Source: Candidatus Magasanikiibacteriota bacterium | GTDB taxonomy: Bacteria > Patescibacteriota > Patescibacteriia > Magasanikbacterales > UBA922 | Length of the DNA: 64,000 nucleotides | NCBI GenBank assembly: GCA_041665025.1 | Contig: JBAYJP010000002.1 | Location: 128,691 to 192,690, forward strand | Reading direction: 5' to 3' | Shown here: piece after piece, positions 46,819 to 57,504 of the stretch | Layout of the letters: the number at the start of each line of letters is the position of its first letter | How positions within the stretch are numbered: the stretch's first letter is position 1 | Translations under genes and position numbers: made by a program | The notes under the pieces: model-generated | The model's database searches: none | What the model saw: the letters and a program-made list of their open reading frames with translations, nothing else | Told to the model about the DNA's origin: nothing

Positions 46819-48804
46819 CTACTTGAGCAATCCAATTATGAGCAACGCCACAATATTCGCCACTTTAATCATCGGATTAATAGCAGGACCAGCGGTATCT
46901 TTGTATGGGTCGCCCACGGTGTCTCCTGTTACTGCGGCCTGGTGAGCAAAAGAGCCCTTACCGCCGTAATTGCCATCTTCAATGTATTTCTTTGCATTGT
47001 CCCATGCTCCACCTCCTGTGGTCATGGAAATGGCTACAAACAGTCCTGTTACAATCGTACCAACAAGCAAACCACCAAGAGCTGCCGGTCCAAGAAGCCA
47101 TCCAACAAGAATGGGCACTACAACAGGGATCATGGCAGGGAGAACCATTTGTCCTATAGCGCCTTTGGTAACAATATCAACGCAAGCGGCATAATCTGGC
47201 TTTGCTTGACCTTCCATAATGCCTTTGATTTCTTTAAATTGTCTGCGAACTTCTTCCACTACTTTTCCTGCAACTTTTCCAACTGATTGCATGAGCATTG
47301 AACCAAATAAATATGGAAGTAATCCCCCAATGAAAAGACCAGTTAATATTTTTGGATCATTGATTTGAAACACGGTATCAATTCCTTTTTCTGCAAGTTT
47401 GTGTGTAAAATCTCCAAATAACACGAGGGCAGCGAGACCAGCAGACGCAATAGCATATCCTTTGGTAACTGCTTTGGTTGTGTTTCCAACCGCGTCAAGA
47501 GGATCTGTCGTATTGCGGATTTCGTCTCCGAGTTCAGCCATTTCTGCAATGCCACCTGCGTTGTCTGTGATTGGTCCGTATGCGTCAATCGTAACGACGA
47601 TGCCCGTCAATGACAACATTGCCATGGCAGCAATTGCAATGCCGTAGAGCCCTGCCAAATTGTTTGCAATAAGCATACCAGCAACAATTGCAAGTACAGG
47701 CAAAGCAGTAGATTTCATCGAAACAGCAAGGCCAGTGATAACGTTTGTACCGTGTCCTGTTTCACTTGCTTTTGCAATTTGTTTCACGGCACTGTACCGT
47801 TTGGAAGTATAAAATTCAGTAATCCAAAACATCGCTCCAGTGAGAAGTACGCCAACAACGGCACTCCAGAATAAATCACCTGTTCCCATTTTCAAACTTT
47901 TTGCGTAGTAAGCACTTGCGAAATAGAATCCAACAAGTGAGAGAGCTGCGCTTACGGCAAGTCCTTTGTACAGAGCGCCCATGATATTTTTGCCTTTGCC
48001 AAGTTTGATAAAGAATGTACCAACAATTGAAGCGATAATTGAAATAGCTCCAAGCATGAGAGGATAGATAATTCCTGCATCAGTGCCTTTGAATGTGAGA
48101 GATCCAAGTACGATAGCAGCGACAGCCGTAACAGCGTATGTTTCAAACAGATCTGCAGCCATACCTGCACAGTCTCCCACGTTGTCTCCCACGTTGTCTG
48201 CAATAACAGCCGGGTTGCGTGGATCATCTTCTGGAATTCCTTTTTCTACTTTACCTACGAGGTCAGCACCAACGTCCGCTGCTTTGGTAAATATACCGCC
48301 ACCTATACGTGCAAATATAGAAATAAGACTGCCTCCAAATGCAAGGCCGATAAGAGCATTTACATCTTTGGTGAGAAGATAAAATCCTGCAACACCGAGA
48401 AGTCCAAGTCCCACGACAAGTAAACCAGTAATAGATCCTCCTTTTACCGCAACATCAAGCGCCGCAGCTAAACCATTTTTTGCCGCTTCAGTTGTACGGA
48501 CATTTGCACGTACAGATATAGTCATGCCAACAAATCCGGCAATTCCAGAAAATACAGCTCCGATAACAAATCCCAAAGAAGTCATGAAACCAAGAAAAAT
48601 CCACAAAAGTGCAAAAACGACGACTGCTACCATGCCAATTGTCTTGTATTGGCGGCTTAGATAGGCTTTTGCGCCTTCTTGGATAGCGCGTGCGATAGTT
48701 TGCATCCGGTCTGAGCCAGATGGTTTCTTGTTGATCCATTGGATAAGGAAGAGGCCATATCCAATAGCCAATAATGCTGGTACTAGGAGGAGTACGTAGA
48801 GCAT
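46819..48804 (-). CDS. hppA: Membrane-bound proton/sodium-translocating pyrophosphatase
   Basis: 661 aa, about 15 TM helices, with [13 protein letters not shown] and DNVGDNVGD motifs. Confidence 0.9.
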   Translation of the reverse strand: MLYVLLLVPALLAIGYGLFLIQWINKKPSGSDRMQTIARAIQEGAKAYLSRQYKTIGMVAVVVFALLWIFLGFMTSLGFVIGAVFSGIAGFVGMTISVRANVRTTEAAKNGLAAALDVAVKGGSITGLLVVGLGLLGVAGFYLLTKDVNALIGLAFGGSLISIFARIGGGIFTKAADVGADLVGKVEKGIPEDDPRNPAVIADNVGDNVGDCAGMAADLFETYAVTAVAAIVLGSLTFKGTDAGIIYPLMLGAISIIASIVGTFFIKLGKGKNIMGALYKGLAVSAALSLVGFYFASAYYAKSLKMGTGDLFWSAVVGVLLTGAMFWITEFYTSKRYSAVKQIAKASETGHGTNVITGLAVSMKSTALPVLAIVAGMLIANNLAGLYGIAIAAMAMLSLTGIVVTIDAYGPITDNAGGIAEMAELGDEIRNTTDPLDAVGNTTKAVTKGYAIASAGLAALVLFGDFTHKLAEKGIDTVFQINDPKILTGLFIGGLLPYLFGSMLMQSVGKVAGKVVEEVRRQFKEIKGIMEGQAKPDYAACVDIVTKGAIGQMVLPAMIPVVVPILVGWLLGPAALGGLLVGTIVTGLFVAISMTTGGGAWDNAKKYIEDGNYGGKGSFAHQAAVTGDTVGDPYKDTAGPAINPMIKVANIVALLIIGLLK

Positions 48805-48973
48805 ATAGAATGCTAAGTTAAGATTAATACTAAAAGAAATAGACGAGGTGGATTATAGGGAAAAATGAGAGAAAAGTCAACGCCTCTTAAAATAAAATAA
48901 TCCGCAGTTACGGATTATTTTATTTCCTCTATATTTAGTAAACGCTAAACACATAGGGAATGTGCGCCGGCTC

Positions 48974-49231
48974 TCACGAGAGATACCGGCGCTGACAAGC
49001 CGTCCACGAGCAGAGCGATTTCGCAATCGCCCCGACGTAGAGGACGGGGGCCGTCCACGGCGAGAGTGCCCCCAGGACCGGGAACACTGCCAGGAAGGAT
49101 GACACGAACCCGGCCGTTGCAGTGATGAGCGCGAGGCCGACTGTGAAGAGCCAGCCCTGTGCGATGGACAGGATGGCGAGTACCACCCCGATCATCACTG
49201 CGGAACAGCCCACGCACAACATCGCCAACAT
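48974..49231 (-). CDS. Small (85 aa) 2-3 TM membrane protein in a roughly 320-bp GC-rich islet
   Basis: Own RBS AAGGGGGA 3 nt upstream of ATG. Compositionally distinct from the flanking DNA. Preceded (plus-strand side) by the terminator hairpin AATAATCCG-CAGTTA-CGGATTATT. Confidence 0.5.
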   Translation of the reverse strand: MLAMLCVGCSAVMIGVVLAILSIAQGWLFTVGLALITATAGFVSSFLAVFPVLGALSPWTAPVLYVGAIAKSLCSWTACQRRYLS

Positions 49232-49343
49232 GCGTCCCCCTTTCCGTGGAAGTTGACGACGTGGTCAGACTAACGTAAATTTTATTTTTCGTCAATCTTT
49301 TTGTTATAGTTTTTCCTGCAGTCTTGTGTTACAATATTCCCAT

Positions 49344-52037
49344 ATGCCCAATCAAAATAAAAAAACATTTGTTATTATAGATGGTAATGCAATTATCCAT
49401 CGCGCATATCATGCTCTTCCACCTCTTACTGCCAAAGATGGCACTATGGTAAATGCTGTGTATGGGTTTACTTCCATGCTTCTTAAGGTTTTAAATGACT
49501 TGAAGCCAGATTACATGGCAGTGAGTTTTGATGTGGCGGGCGAAACATTCCGTGGCAAAATGTTTGAAGGATACAAAGCAAAACGCGTTAAAGCTGGCCA
49601 GGAATTGTATGATCAAATTCCTCTTGTGTACCAGGTTGTGGAAGCGTTTGAAATACCTATATATATCAAAGAAGGATATGAGGCCGATGACGTAATTGGA
49701 ACCGTTGCTAATTATATAAAAAAAGAGAAATTAGGTATCAAAAGTATTATTGTGACCGGAGACATGGATTTGTTGCAACTGGTTGATGACAATATTACGG
49801 AAGTATATCTTTTGCGAAAAGGTCTTTCTGATTTTCAATTATATAATGAGAAGGCAGTTATCGAACGATTTGGGTTTGGGCCAAAGCATATTGTGGATTA
49901 CAAATCATTGCGTGGTGATAGCTCGGATAATATTCCTGGTGTGAAAGGAATTGGAGAAAAAACTGCAGTCGAGTTGATTACAAAAGTTGGGGGGATTGCT
50001 GATATTTATAAAAAGATTGAATCTTTAAAAGATTATAAGATCAGTGATGGTGTTATCAAAAAATTAATAGATGATAAAGACAACGCACTCATGAGTCAAG
50101 AACTTGCAACGATTTGCGAGGACGTGAAAGGACTGGAATTTGATCTAAAGAAATGCGAGAATGGACCATTTGATCGAGAAAAAGTAGTTAAGCTCATGCA
50201 AAAATTTGAGTTTTATTCCCTTGCTAAACGGATTTCCGGCAATGCAGAGGCAGGTCGCGATTTGTCTGTACGGACAGAGCAAAAAAAGAAATCTCGAAAT
50301 AGTCAAAAATTAATTATTGCGGATAAAAAAAATATTAATGATATTTTGCAGGAATTGAAGAAAGAAGAAGTCGTTGCGTGTAAAGAAATTTTGTCAGGCG
50401 CCGAGGTGCTGACAAGCGATTTGCTTGGTCTTGTGTTTGCAACAAAGAATGGAAGTTACTATATTGAGAAACCAACAAATGATATTTTTAAATTATTTGA
50501 GGATGAAAAGAAAATAACCATCGGCCATGATGTGAAGTCCCTAATAAAAGTGCTCAAGTGCTCAAGTGCTCAAGTGCTCAAGTGTCAATTGTTCGACATC
50601 ATGATCGCCTCGTATCTTCTCAATTCAAGTACACGCGCACATGATTTGCGTTCCATTGCTCTTAGGGAATTAGGAAAAGAGTTGTCAGCTGGCTCAGATC
50701 AAAGTAGTTTGTTTGGGGTTGATGCGCAGGTTGTGGCGAATGAACTTCAGATCATGCTCGAAGTATATGAAATATACAAGAAAAAACTTGAAGATGAAGA
50801 AAATCGAGGACTTTTTGATGATATAGAAATGGCCCTTGTGCCGGTACTTGCAGAAATGGAGTTAAACGGGGTTGCAATAGATGAAAAAATGCTTCACGAA
50901 TCTTCTGTAGAAGTAAATCAAGAGATAAAAACACTTGAAAAGAAAATTTGGCAAGAAGCAGGAGAAGAATTTAATGTTGCCTCTTCAGTTCAATTACGCG
51001 ATATATTATTTGAAAAAATGGGTTTACCACACGAAGGAGTAAAAAAAGGTAAAACAGGTCTTTCAACTGCCGCGTCTGAACTAGAAAAATTGCATGGCAT
51101 TCACCCAATTATTGAATACATAGAGGATTATCGTGAATTAGAAAAATTACGTAACACCTATATTGATGTATTGCCGACCTTGGTTAATAAAAAGACCGGA
51201 CGCATACATTCTTCCTTTAATCAGACAGTTGCCACAACTGGTCGTTTGTCTAGTTCGGATCCAAATTTACAAAATATTCCTATTCGAACTAAGTTGGGAC
51301 GCAAAGTTCGCGAGGCATTTATCGCAGAGCCCGGCAATGTGCTTATTGTTGCTGATTATTCACAAATTGAATTGCGAATTGTCGCCTCACTTGCGCAGGA
51401 TAATACCCTTATCGATATCTTTAAGCGGGGCGAAGACGTCCACACGGCAACCGCGGCAGTCATAAATGGTGTGCCACTTGATAAAGTCACCAGAGAAATG
51501 CGCAGTGCCGCCAAAGGAGTCAATTTTGGTGTGTTGTATGGTATGGGATCGTATGGGTTGTCTTCGCGAACGGGTATTACTCAGTGGGAGGCAAAAGATT
51601 TTATAAAAAAATATTTTGAAAATTTTAAAGATGTTAAAAAATATATTGATGGAACGCTGGCATTTGCGCGTAAAGAGGGATATGTGGAAACATTATTTGG
51701 CCGACGGCGATATATTCCAGAATTGATGTCAGGAAATTATCAATTGAAATCTGCAGGAGAGCGTATGGCAATAAATATGCCCGTGCAGGGTACGGCCGCA
51801 GATCTCATGAAAATGGCAATGATAAAAATAAGAAACAAGATACAAGAAACAAGATATAAATCCGACGAGGTACGAATGATTTTGCAAGTGCATGATGAAT
51901 TGGTGTTTGAGATCAAAAAAGGATTAGAAGATGAGGTCGTTAAAATCGTAAAGTATGAAATGGAGCATGTGGCGCAGTTGCGTGTGCCCATTGATGTGCA
52001 CGTGAGCGTGGGAAAAAGATGGGGGGAGATGAAGTAA
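49344..52037 (+). CDS. polA: DNA polymerase I (5'-3' exonuclease + polymerase domains)
   Basis: N-terminal FEN-like domain. Polymerase motifs A (DYSQIELR), B (RxxAKxxNFGxxYG) and C (QVHDE). Confidence 0.9.
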   Translation: MPNQNKKTFVIIDGNAIIHRAYHALPPLTAKDGTMVNAVYGFTSMLLKVLNDLKPDYMAVSFDVAGETFRGKMFEGYKAKRVKAGQELYDQIPLVYQVVEAFEIPIYIKEGYEADDVIGTVANYIKKEKLGIKSIIVTGDMDLLQLVDDNITEVYLLRKGLSDFQLYNEKAVIERFGFGPKHIVDYKSLRGDSSDNIPGVKGIGEKTAVELITKVGGIADIYKKIESLKDYKISDGVIKKLIDDKDNALMSQELATICEDVKGLEFDLKKCENGPFDREKVVKLMQKFEFYSLAKRISGNAEAGRDLSVRTEQKKKSRNSQKLIIADKKNINDILQELKKEEVVACKEILSGAEVLTSDLLGLVFATKNGSYYIEKPTNDIFKLFEDEKKITIGHDVKSLIKVLKCSSAQVLKCQLFDIMIASYLLNSSTRAHDLRSIALRELGKELSAGSDQSSLFGVDAQVVANELQIMLEVYEIYKKKLEDEENRGLFDDIEMALVPVLAEMELNGVAIDEKMLHESSVEVNQEIKTLEKKIWQEAGEEFNVASSVQLRDILFEKMGLPHEGVKKGKTGLSTAASELEKLHGIHPIIEYIEDYRELEKLRNTYIDVLPTLVNKKTGRIHSSFNQTVATTGRLSSSDPNLQNIPIRTKLGRKVREAFIAEPGNVLIVADYSQIELRIVASLAQDNTLIDIFKRGEDVHTATAAVINGVPLDKVTREMRSAAKGVNFGVLYGMGSYGLSSRTGITQWEAKDFIKKYFENFKDVKKYIDGTLAFARKEGYVETLFGRRRYIPELMSGNYQLKSAGERMAINMPVQGTAADLMKMAMIKIRNKIQETRYKSDEVRMILQVHDELVFEIKKGLEDEVVKIVKYEMEHVAQLRVPIDVHVSVGKRWGEMK
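50550..50588 (+). repeat. 8-nt tandem repeat (GTGCTCAA x4 plus a partial copy) inside polA
   Basis: GTGCTCAAGTGCTCAAGTGCTCAAGTGCTCAAGTGTCAA encodes KVLKCSSAQVLKCQ. Related to the GTGCTTAAGTGC motif at the rpmH promoter. Confidence 0.6.
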
Positions 52038-52109
52038 GGACATTTTAGTACGTTCCCTTCCCTAATAGGGAAGGGACAGGGAAGGGTCTTACAAATATTT
52101 AAGGAGGAT

Positions 52110-52490
52110 ATGCAAAAGCGGGACCGCTATATTGTTGATAAAAAAATAAAAAGACGAAGGAAGTTTTTGCGTTCTTTGCCTACGAAAGCTGAATATGTAT
52201 TGTGGCAAGAGTTAAGAAGAAAATTATTAGGATATAAATTTAGAAGACAGGTGAGCATTGGAAAATTTATTGTAGATTTTTATTGTCACGAGTTAAGATT
52301 GGTAATAGAAGTTGACGGGCCTATTCATGAGGATCAAATTGAATATGACAATCAAAGACAGAAATTTTTAGAATCACGAGGTTATATCGTGATTCGTTTT
52401 TTAAATGATGAAGTATTGTTTGATAGAGATGTTGTATTGCAGTGTATAGAAGATTGGTGTTGCATATTGGACAGAAGTATTTGTTCATAA
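52110..52490 (+). CDS. DUF559 (Vsr/restriction-endonuclease-fold) protein
   Basis: YKFRRQVSIGKFIVDFYCHELRLVIEVDGPIH. Confidence 0.75.
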   Translation: MQKRDRYIVDKKIKRRRKFLRSLPTKAEYVLWQELRRKLLGYKFRRQVSIGKFIVDFYCHELRLVIEVDGPIHEDQIEYDNQRQKFLESRGYIVIRFLNDEVLFDRDVVLQCIEDWCCILDRSICS

Positions 52491-52751
52491 GTTGGCAAGA
52501 CCTCCACCTGTCCTCCTCCTAAAAGGAGAAGGAACGTTTTTAAGAGAGTTTATTTATCAAAAAAACACCCTTTCCAGGTTGTTTTATTTTTTATTTCTCT
52601 GTCTTCGGGGGTGTTCACGTTGAACACCCCCGTCCTCCTAATAAAGAACATGTTGCCCTCACTTTCGCGGGGCACCCCCCGCCCCGGCCGGAGCCAGGGC
52701 GGGGGTCCCGCTCGGCGACTCAGTCACCAGGAGCAGCGCAGGCTCGAAGCG

Positions 52752-53195
52752 CTAGCTCGTGGCGCACTGGGTCGCCGCGTTGAGGCCGGACGCGTCGGCG
52801 AAGGCACCCACGATCATCACGCCGTTGCGCGCGGTGACCTCGGACGGCGCCATCGCCGCGAAGTAGTCGACCTGCGCCGAGTTGGCCTGCGCCGCCGACA
52901 TCGTCGCGGTCGGGGGCGCGTTCGCCGTCGTGTCGTTCGCCTGGTCGACCGCCTGGGTCGTGTTCGCCGTCTCGGCCGGCGCCACCTCGAAGATCAACGC
53001 CACCGCGTCGTTGTTGCGGTTGACGGCGACCTCCATGAGCGTCGCGGACGACTCGGTGAGCGGCTGGTCGGTGTCCTCGGCGAAGGTCGCGGCGACCTGC
53101 TGCACGGCATGCTGCGGGGTCGCGGCGGAGACGGCCGGAGCGGCGATGGCGGCGATGGCGAGCATCGCGGCGAGGAGCCAGAGTCTCTTCGACAT
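52752..53195 (-). CDS. Secreted Ala/Thr-rich protein encoded in a GC-rich islet
   Basis: Signal peptide MSKRLWLLAAMLAIAAIAAPAVSA. SD GGGAGGA before ATG. GC-rich structured 5' leader at 53196-53420. GC-rich hairpin terminator on the minus strand at about 52640-52700. Confidence 0.55.
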   Translation of the reverse strand: MSKRLWLLAAMLAIAAIAAPAVSAATPQHAVQQVAATFAEDTDQPLTESSATLMEVAVNRNNDAVALIFEVAPAETANTTQAVDQANDTTANAPPTATMSAAQANSAQVDYFAAMAPSEVTARNGVMIVGAFADASGLNAATQCATS

Positions 53196-53566
53196 GGAAT
53201 CCTCCCTGCATGCGGGCCGATCACGTCGGCCCGGTAGCGAAGTCCGTCCCGGGACGCGTCAGTCTCCAGCACCATTGGCAATGAATCACAATCTTTCAAC
53301 TTGGCCCCATTGGGTCGATGGCGCGTTATTACCTTTAATGCGCCGGTTGAGTTGAGAAGATTGCGACTGAGAGCCGCGGGCACCAAAGAGCAAAACGCGG
53401 GGACGTTATAGTCTATCCTATCAATCTCTCTCTCTCTTTACAAGACGTACAGGACTGTTTATCCACATGAGCTAAATTATTTTCAAATAAAAAACAACAA
53501 TTCTTTCATTGCTGTTTTTAATATTGTGTATTACAATAGGACTGCTTAAAATGTTATAAATCGCAT

Positions 53567-54349
53567 ATGTATAAAATAATTCTTGTGGTAGTTTCTTTAT
53601 TTATTCTTGGCTTTAGCTGTACTTCCCCTATTCAATATGTGCAAAACGGTAGGCAGGCGCTTAATGATTGGGATTATGTACAACAACATCTCGTCATAAA
53701 AGAACAGACAATAGTTGAAACAAAAGAAGGGTCGTATGATATAGAAATTACATATCCTACTATAACTGAGCCAGCTAAAGAAGGAACTGAAGGATTTAAC
53801 AGATTTATTGAATTTTTGCTTAAAAATAATTTTCTGCCAGAGTTTAAAGTAAGAGTTGGGGAGGCCGGACCTCTATTAGTCGCCGATGTGCCATATTCAC
53901 TTTCTGGTTCATACGAAATACTTGAATCAAAGCTTGATTATATTTCAGTTCGTCTGTTTTTTACTGAATATCTAGGTGGAGCCCATCCAGTGTCATGGAC
54001 CTACACTATTGATTATGAGTTAGATGTTAGACATCTAGTTGATCTTGGTGATATTTTTAATGTCAAAGAAGATGTGTATTTACCACGTTTGTCCGAATTG
54101 TCCCAACCATTGCTTGTATCTCAATTGGATGATATGGCTGACCTGCAATGGATTGAAAAAGGCACAAAGCCAGTAAAGAGCAATTTTAAAAATTTTAATG
54201 TAACCGCAGAAGGGCTCAAATTTGTGTTTGATCCATATCAAGTTGCGCCGTATGCAGCTGGCATGCAGGAAATTACTATTTTTTATAATCAGTTGGAAGA
54301 TCTAATCAATAAAAATGGGCCGGTCAAATATGTTAGAACGGCCAACTAG
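53567..54349 (+). CDS. Lipoprotein (DUF4163/DUF3298-like)
   Basis: Lipobox LGFSC. 260 aa. Confidence 0.55.
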   Translation: MYKIILVVVSLFILGFSCTSPIQYVQNGRQALNDWDYVQQHLVIKEQTIVETKEGSYDIEITYPTITEPAKEGTEGFNRFIEFLLKNNFLPEFKVRVGEAGPLLVADVPYSLSGSYEILESKLDYISVRLFFTEYLGGAHPVSWTYTIDYELDVRHLVDLGDIFNVKEDVYLPRLSELSQPLLVSQLDDMADLQWIEKGTKPVKSNFKNFNVTAEGLKFVFDPYQVAPYAAGMQEITIFYNQLEDLINKNGPVKYVRTAN

Positions 54350-54352
54350 CTT

Positions 54353-55327
54353 ATGCTCATTTATCTACACGGTTCAGACACATTTCGAAGCCGTCAACAA
54401 CTCAAAAAAATGATTGAAAAATTCAAAATAGACCGTGATCCACAAGGATACAATGTGGCTGTTTTAGATTGTGCAAGAGAAGACGCAGGTAAGATAATGG
54501 AACAGCTACTCGCAAGTCCATTTTTGGCAGAAAAGCGCATGGTCGTTCTTGAAAATGTATTATCAGCAACAGGTAAGAAAGATCTTCAAGAAGAAATATT
54601 AAGTCGTATAAAAGAGAAGCGTATTCCCGAAAGTAATGTTGTGTTATTTTGGGAAGGTGAAGGCAAAACAAAGACGGATGTGTCAAAAAAACTCCATGAA
54701 GTGTTATCAAAAGAAAAATTCGCGCAAGAATTTAGGGAGCTTGCAGGAGTTCAACTATCTTCGTGGATAAGACAAGAAATTGAGGCGCGCGGTGGAATTA
54801 TTGACTCTCAAGCACTATCCTATATGTCTACGCATGTTGGAGGTAACATGTGGTCGCTTAATTCTCTGGTTGATCAGCTTACCAACTATACTTCGTCAAA
54901 GATTACCCTCGGCGATGTACAATTATTCTTAGAAGAAAAATTTGACGATAATATTTTTAATCTAGTTGATGCAATTGTAGGAAAACAGCCCAAACAAGTA
55001 TTTCGCATGATACAAGAACAATATAGTAAAGGAGAAGATGCACAATTTATATTTGCCATGATTTTGCGTCAGATACGCATATTGGTTGAACTGCGTGATT
55101 TGTTTGAACGTGAAGATAATTTACAAAGCGATGCAATTGCCAAACGGCTTAATCTCCATCCGTTTGTTGTCAAAAAATCTTTACCTCTTATCAAGCGTTA
55201 TACTCTTTTACAGTTGCAATATATATATCAAAAGCTTCTTGAACTTGATATCAAAACAAAAACCGGCCAAGGTGGCCAGTCTCTGTTGTTGGATGTGTTG
55301 GTGGGGAGAATCTCGATTAACATCTAA
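54353..55327 (+). CDS. holA: DNA polymerase III delta subunit
   Basis: N-terminal MLIYLHGSDTF, length and low-complexity pattern typical of HolA. Confidence 0.7.
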   Translation: MLIYLHGSDTFRSRQQLKKMIEKFKIDRDPQGYNVAVLDCAREDAGKIMEQLLASPFLAEKRMVVLENVLSATGKKDLQEEILSRIKEKRIPESNVVLFWEGEGKTKTDVSKKLHEVLSKEKFAQEFRELAGVQLSSWIRQEIEARGGIIDSQALSYMSTHVGGNMWSLNSLVDQLTNYTSSKITLGDVQLFLEEKFDDNIFNLVDAIVGKQPKQVFRMIQEQYSKGEDAQFIFAMILRQIRILVELRDLFEREDNLQSDAIAKRLNLHPFVVKKSLPLIKRYTLLQLQYIYQKLLELDIKTKTGQGGQSLLLDVLVGRISINI

Positions 55328-55815
55328 AAGTTTCTTAAAAATTTTCCATCTCGCTCTGCCTCTTTAAGACTCTCGTCTTCTAAGTGTTCTCTGTGCATTT
55401 CATCTCGCTCTGGTTGAAAAGTGTCATGTTTTTGAATCTCACGAAATAAGACACGTATCTCATGGATATCTTGTTCTGTTTTGCATTTTTTTAGTAGAGC
55501 TTCAAAACGTTTTCGTTGCCAGTCGGAATACATTATAAGTTTGTGTAAGGATGGATACTTTTTTAGTAGTGAATTGAGTGTTGCAGTTTCGTCGGGGACA
55601 CAGTCTTTGAAATATTGGGAAATAAGATCTGCACCCTGGCCTCCTTCGCCATATGTTTCTTCAAATGTAGGTATCATAAATACGCTTGTGTCTAGTCCAT
55701 CCAGTAAGTCAGCCTCATATAAGTCGATTCCCGCACCGCCAATTTGGTTTCCAAAATAACCATCCCTGATTATTTTTTTGTAAAATATATTATATACTTC
55801 CTGTTCTTTTATCAT
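55324..55815 (-). CDS. Hypothetical protein
   Basis: 163-aa ORF. Its stop overlaps the holA stop region. Confidence 0.45.
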   Translation of the reverse strand: MIKEQEVYNIFYKKIIRDGYFGNQIGGAGIDLYEADLLDGLDTSVFMIPTFEETYGEGGQGADLISQYFKDCVPDETATLNSLLKKYPSLHKLIMYSDWQRKRFEALLKKCKTEQDIHEIRVLFREIQKHDTFQPERDEMHREHLEDESLKEAERDGKFLRNF

Positions 55816-55936
55816 AAAGTAAAATAGAGGTATTGATCCTATAGTTACTCCTCGGCTCGCCCCGAGTACTCGGGGTCTCGCCTGCGTCGTAAATAAAATC
55901 CCGACTTAATTCGTCGGGATTATTGTATCGTGTTTA

Positions 55937-56203
55937 CTATTTCTTTGCAACTTTGTTTTTCTTTATCATGAGGCGGGATAAGTAACGTCCTGCTGCGCCT
56001 GCTTTGATAACACCTTTTTTCGCGGCCTTATCAAGCTTCTTTTGTGCAAGTTTTATTTTGTCTTGTACATCGGCTGTACTTGTATCAATAGCTTGTTTGG
56101 CGTCTTTCAAAGCTTTTTTGTATGCTTTTTTGTAAATAAGATTTTCTGCAGTACGTCGTAAATCTTGGCGCAAAGCTTTCTTTGCATGTTTTTTAATAGG
56201 CAT
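55937..56203 (-). CDS. rpsT: Ribosomal protein S20
   Basis: MPIKKHAKKALRQDLRR... with an intrinsic terminator downstream (55880-55910). Confidence 0.9.
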   Translation of the reverse strand: MPIKKHAKKALRQDLRRTAENLIYKKAYKKALKDAKQAIDTSTADVQDKIKLAQKKLDKAAKKGVIKAGAAGRYLSRLMIKKNKVAKK

Positions 56204-56418
56204 AATAGTTTTGAGATTGGATAATTAGTTAATTTTTATCCGCCGAAGCTTTTGCGTAGGCGGAGAGAGCGTCGTTATAATACGTTATTTATCGCATTTT
56301 GTCAATAGTTTGCTTAAAAGTTAGCTAAGTAACTAAGTCGGCTAAGTTTACTAGGTTTATATTATTGAATATCAGCTTTTTAACTTAGGTACTTAGAAAA
56401 CTTAGCAAACTTAGCTAG

Positions 56419-57504
56419 CTATTCTTCCATCACAGGCTTTTCCAGTGCCAGAGGTTCAACAGTCTTTTCTCCTTCCGTTATCCTCATTACATCCTTATCA
56501 ATCTTCCCAAATTCTTTATACGCGCTATTGTACATGTTTACGGTAGTCGTGAGATTGTTTCCCATCTTCTTGAGATAATCTTCGTAGCTTAATAAGTGTT
56601 TACCCAGCTGTTCCACTTGTTTTCGTATTTCTTTTGCGCTTTCTTCAATTTGTAAAGCGCGTAGTCCCTGCATGACTGTCTGTAAATAAGCAAAAAAGCT
56701 CGTTGGGGAAACAATAATGACATGTTTATCTTTGAACGCATATTCTATCAGGTCTTGCGTATTTATTTGTATGGCCCCAACCTTGTTGATAAGCAAATCA
56801 TAGTAAATCCCCTCTGCTGGAATAAACATGAATGCAAAATCCATAGTATTTTCTTTTGGTTTGATATATTTTGCTGTTTCATCAATTCTATTTTTTAAAT
56901 CCCGTTTAAATTCCTTTTCCAGTTCTGCTTTTCTGTCAGGATCGTTTTCTGCTATTACGCGATTGTAATTTTCCAAACTAAATTTGGAATCAATCGGGAT
57001 AATTTTATCTTTGATAAATATCGCCGCATCTACAATATCGCCATCAGCAAATTTGTATTGCATTTCATATGCTCCTGGTGGCATCACATTTTTTAATACA
57101 TTTTCTAGATAGTATTCACCCAAAACTCCTCTATGTTTGGGATTTTTCAATACATTTTCTAATCCTTGTAATTGTTCTGCAACGCCTACAACCTGCTTGT
57201 TTGTTTCATCAAGCTTGGTTAGTTTTTCAGTTACGTCAGTGATGATTTTTGTGCTTTGTGCAAATTGATTTTGCATGGTCTTATGAATATTTTCTTGTAC
57301 GTCCCCCATTGATTTATAGGTATCAGACATTTTCTGGTCTACGGTTTTGTTGAGTTCTTGGATTTGTTGTTGGAGCATTAGGAACAAGTTTTGATCCCCT
57401 TCTCTGGGTTTGTTTATATTAGACATTTTTTTATACAACAAAAAAAGCGTAACTATAGTTGCGACGAGAAGCATTGATAAAATAATAAGTAGCCAGGTAA
57501 GCAT
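56419..57504 (-). CDS. rmuC: DNA recombination protein RmuC
   Basis: N-terminal TM, long coiled coil, C-terminal RmuC nuclease-like region. Confidence 0.8.
   Translation of the reverse strand: MLTWLLIILSMLLVATIVTLFLLYKKMSNINKPREGDQNLFLMLQQQIQELNKTVDQKMSDTYKSMGDVQENIHKTMQNQFAQSTKIITDVTEKLTKLDETNKQVVGVAEQLQGLENVLKNPKHRGVLGEYYLENVLKNVMPPGAYEMQYKFADGDIVDAAIFIKDKIIPIDSKFSLENYNRVIAENDPDRKAELEKEFKRDLKNRIDETAKYIKPKENTMDFAFMFIPAEGIYYDLLINKVGAIQINTQDLIEYAFKDKHVIIVSPTSFFAYLQTVMQGLRALQIEESAKEIRKQVEQLGKHLLSYEDYLKKMGNNLTTTVNMYNSAYKEFGKIDKDVMRITEGEKTVEPLALEKPVMEE

Noticed and set aside
46807-48382. Plus-strand ORFs inside hppA (46807-47286, 46905-47159, 46970-47194, 47399-47647, 48083-48382)
   Set aside because: They are antisense to a 661-aa pyrophosphatase with unmistakable motifs.
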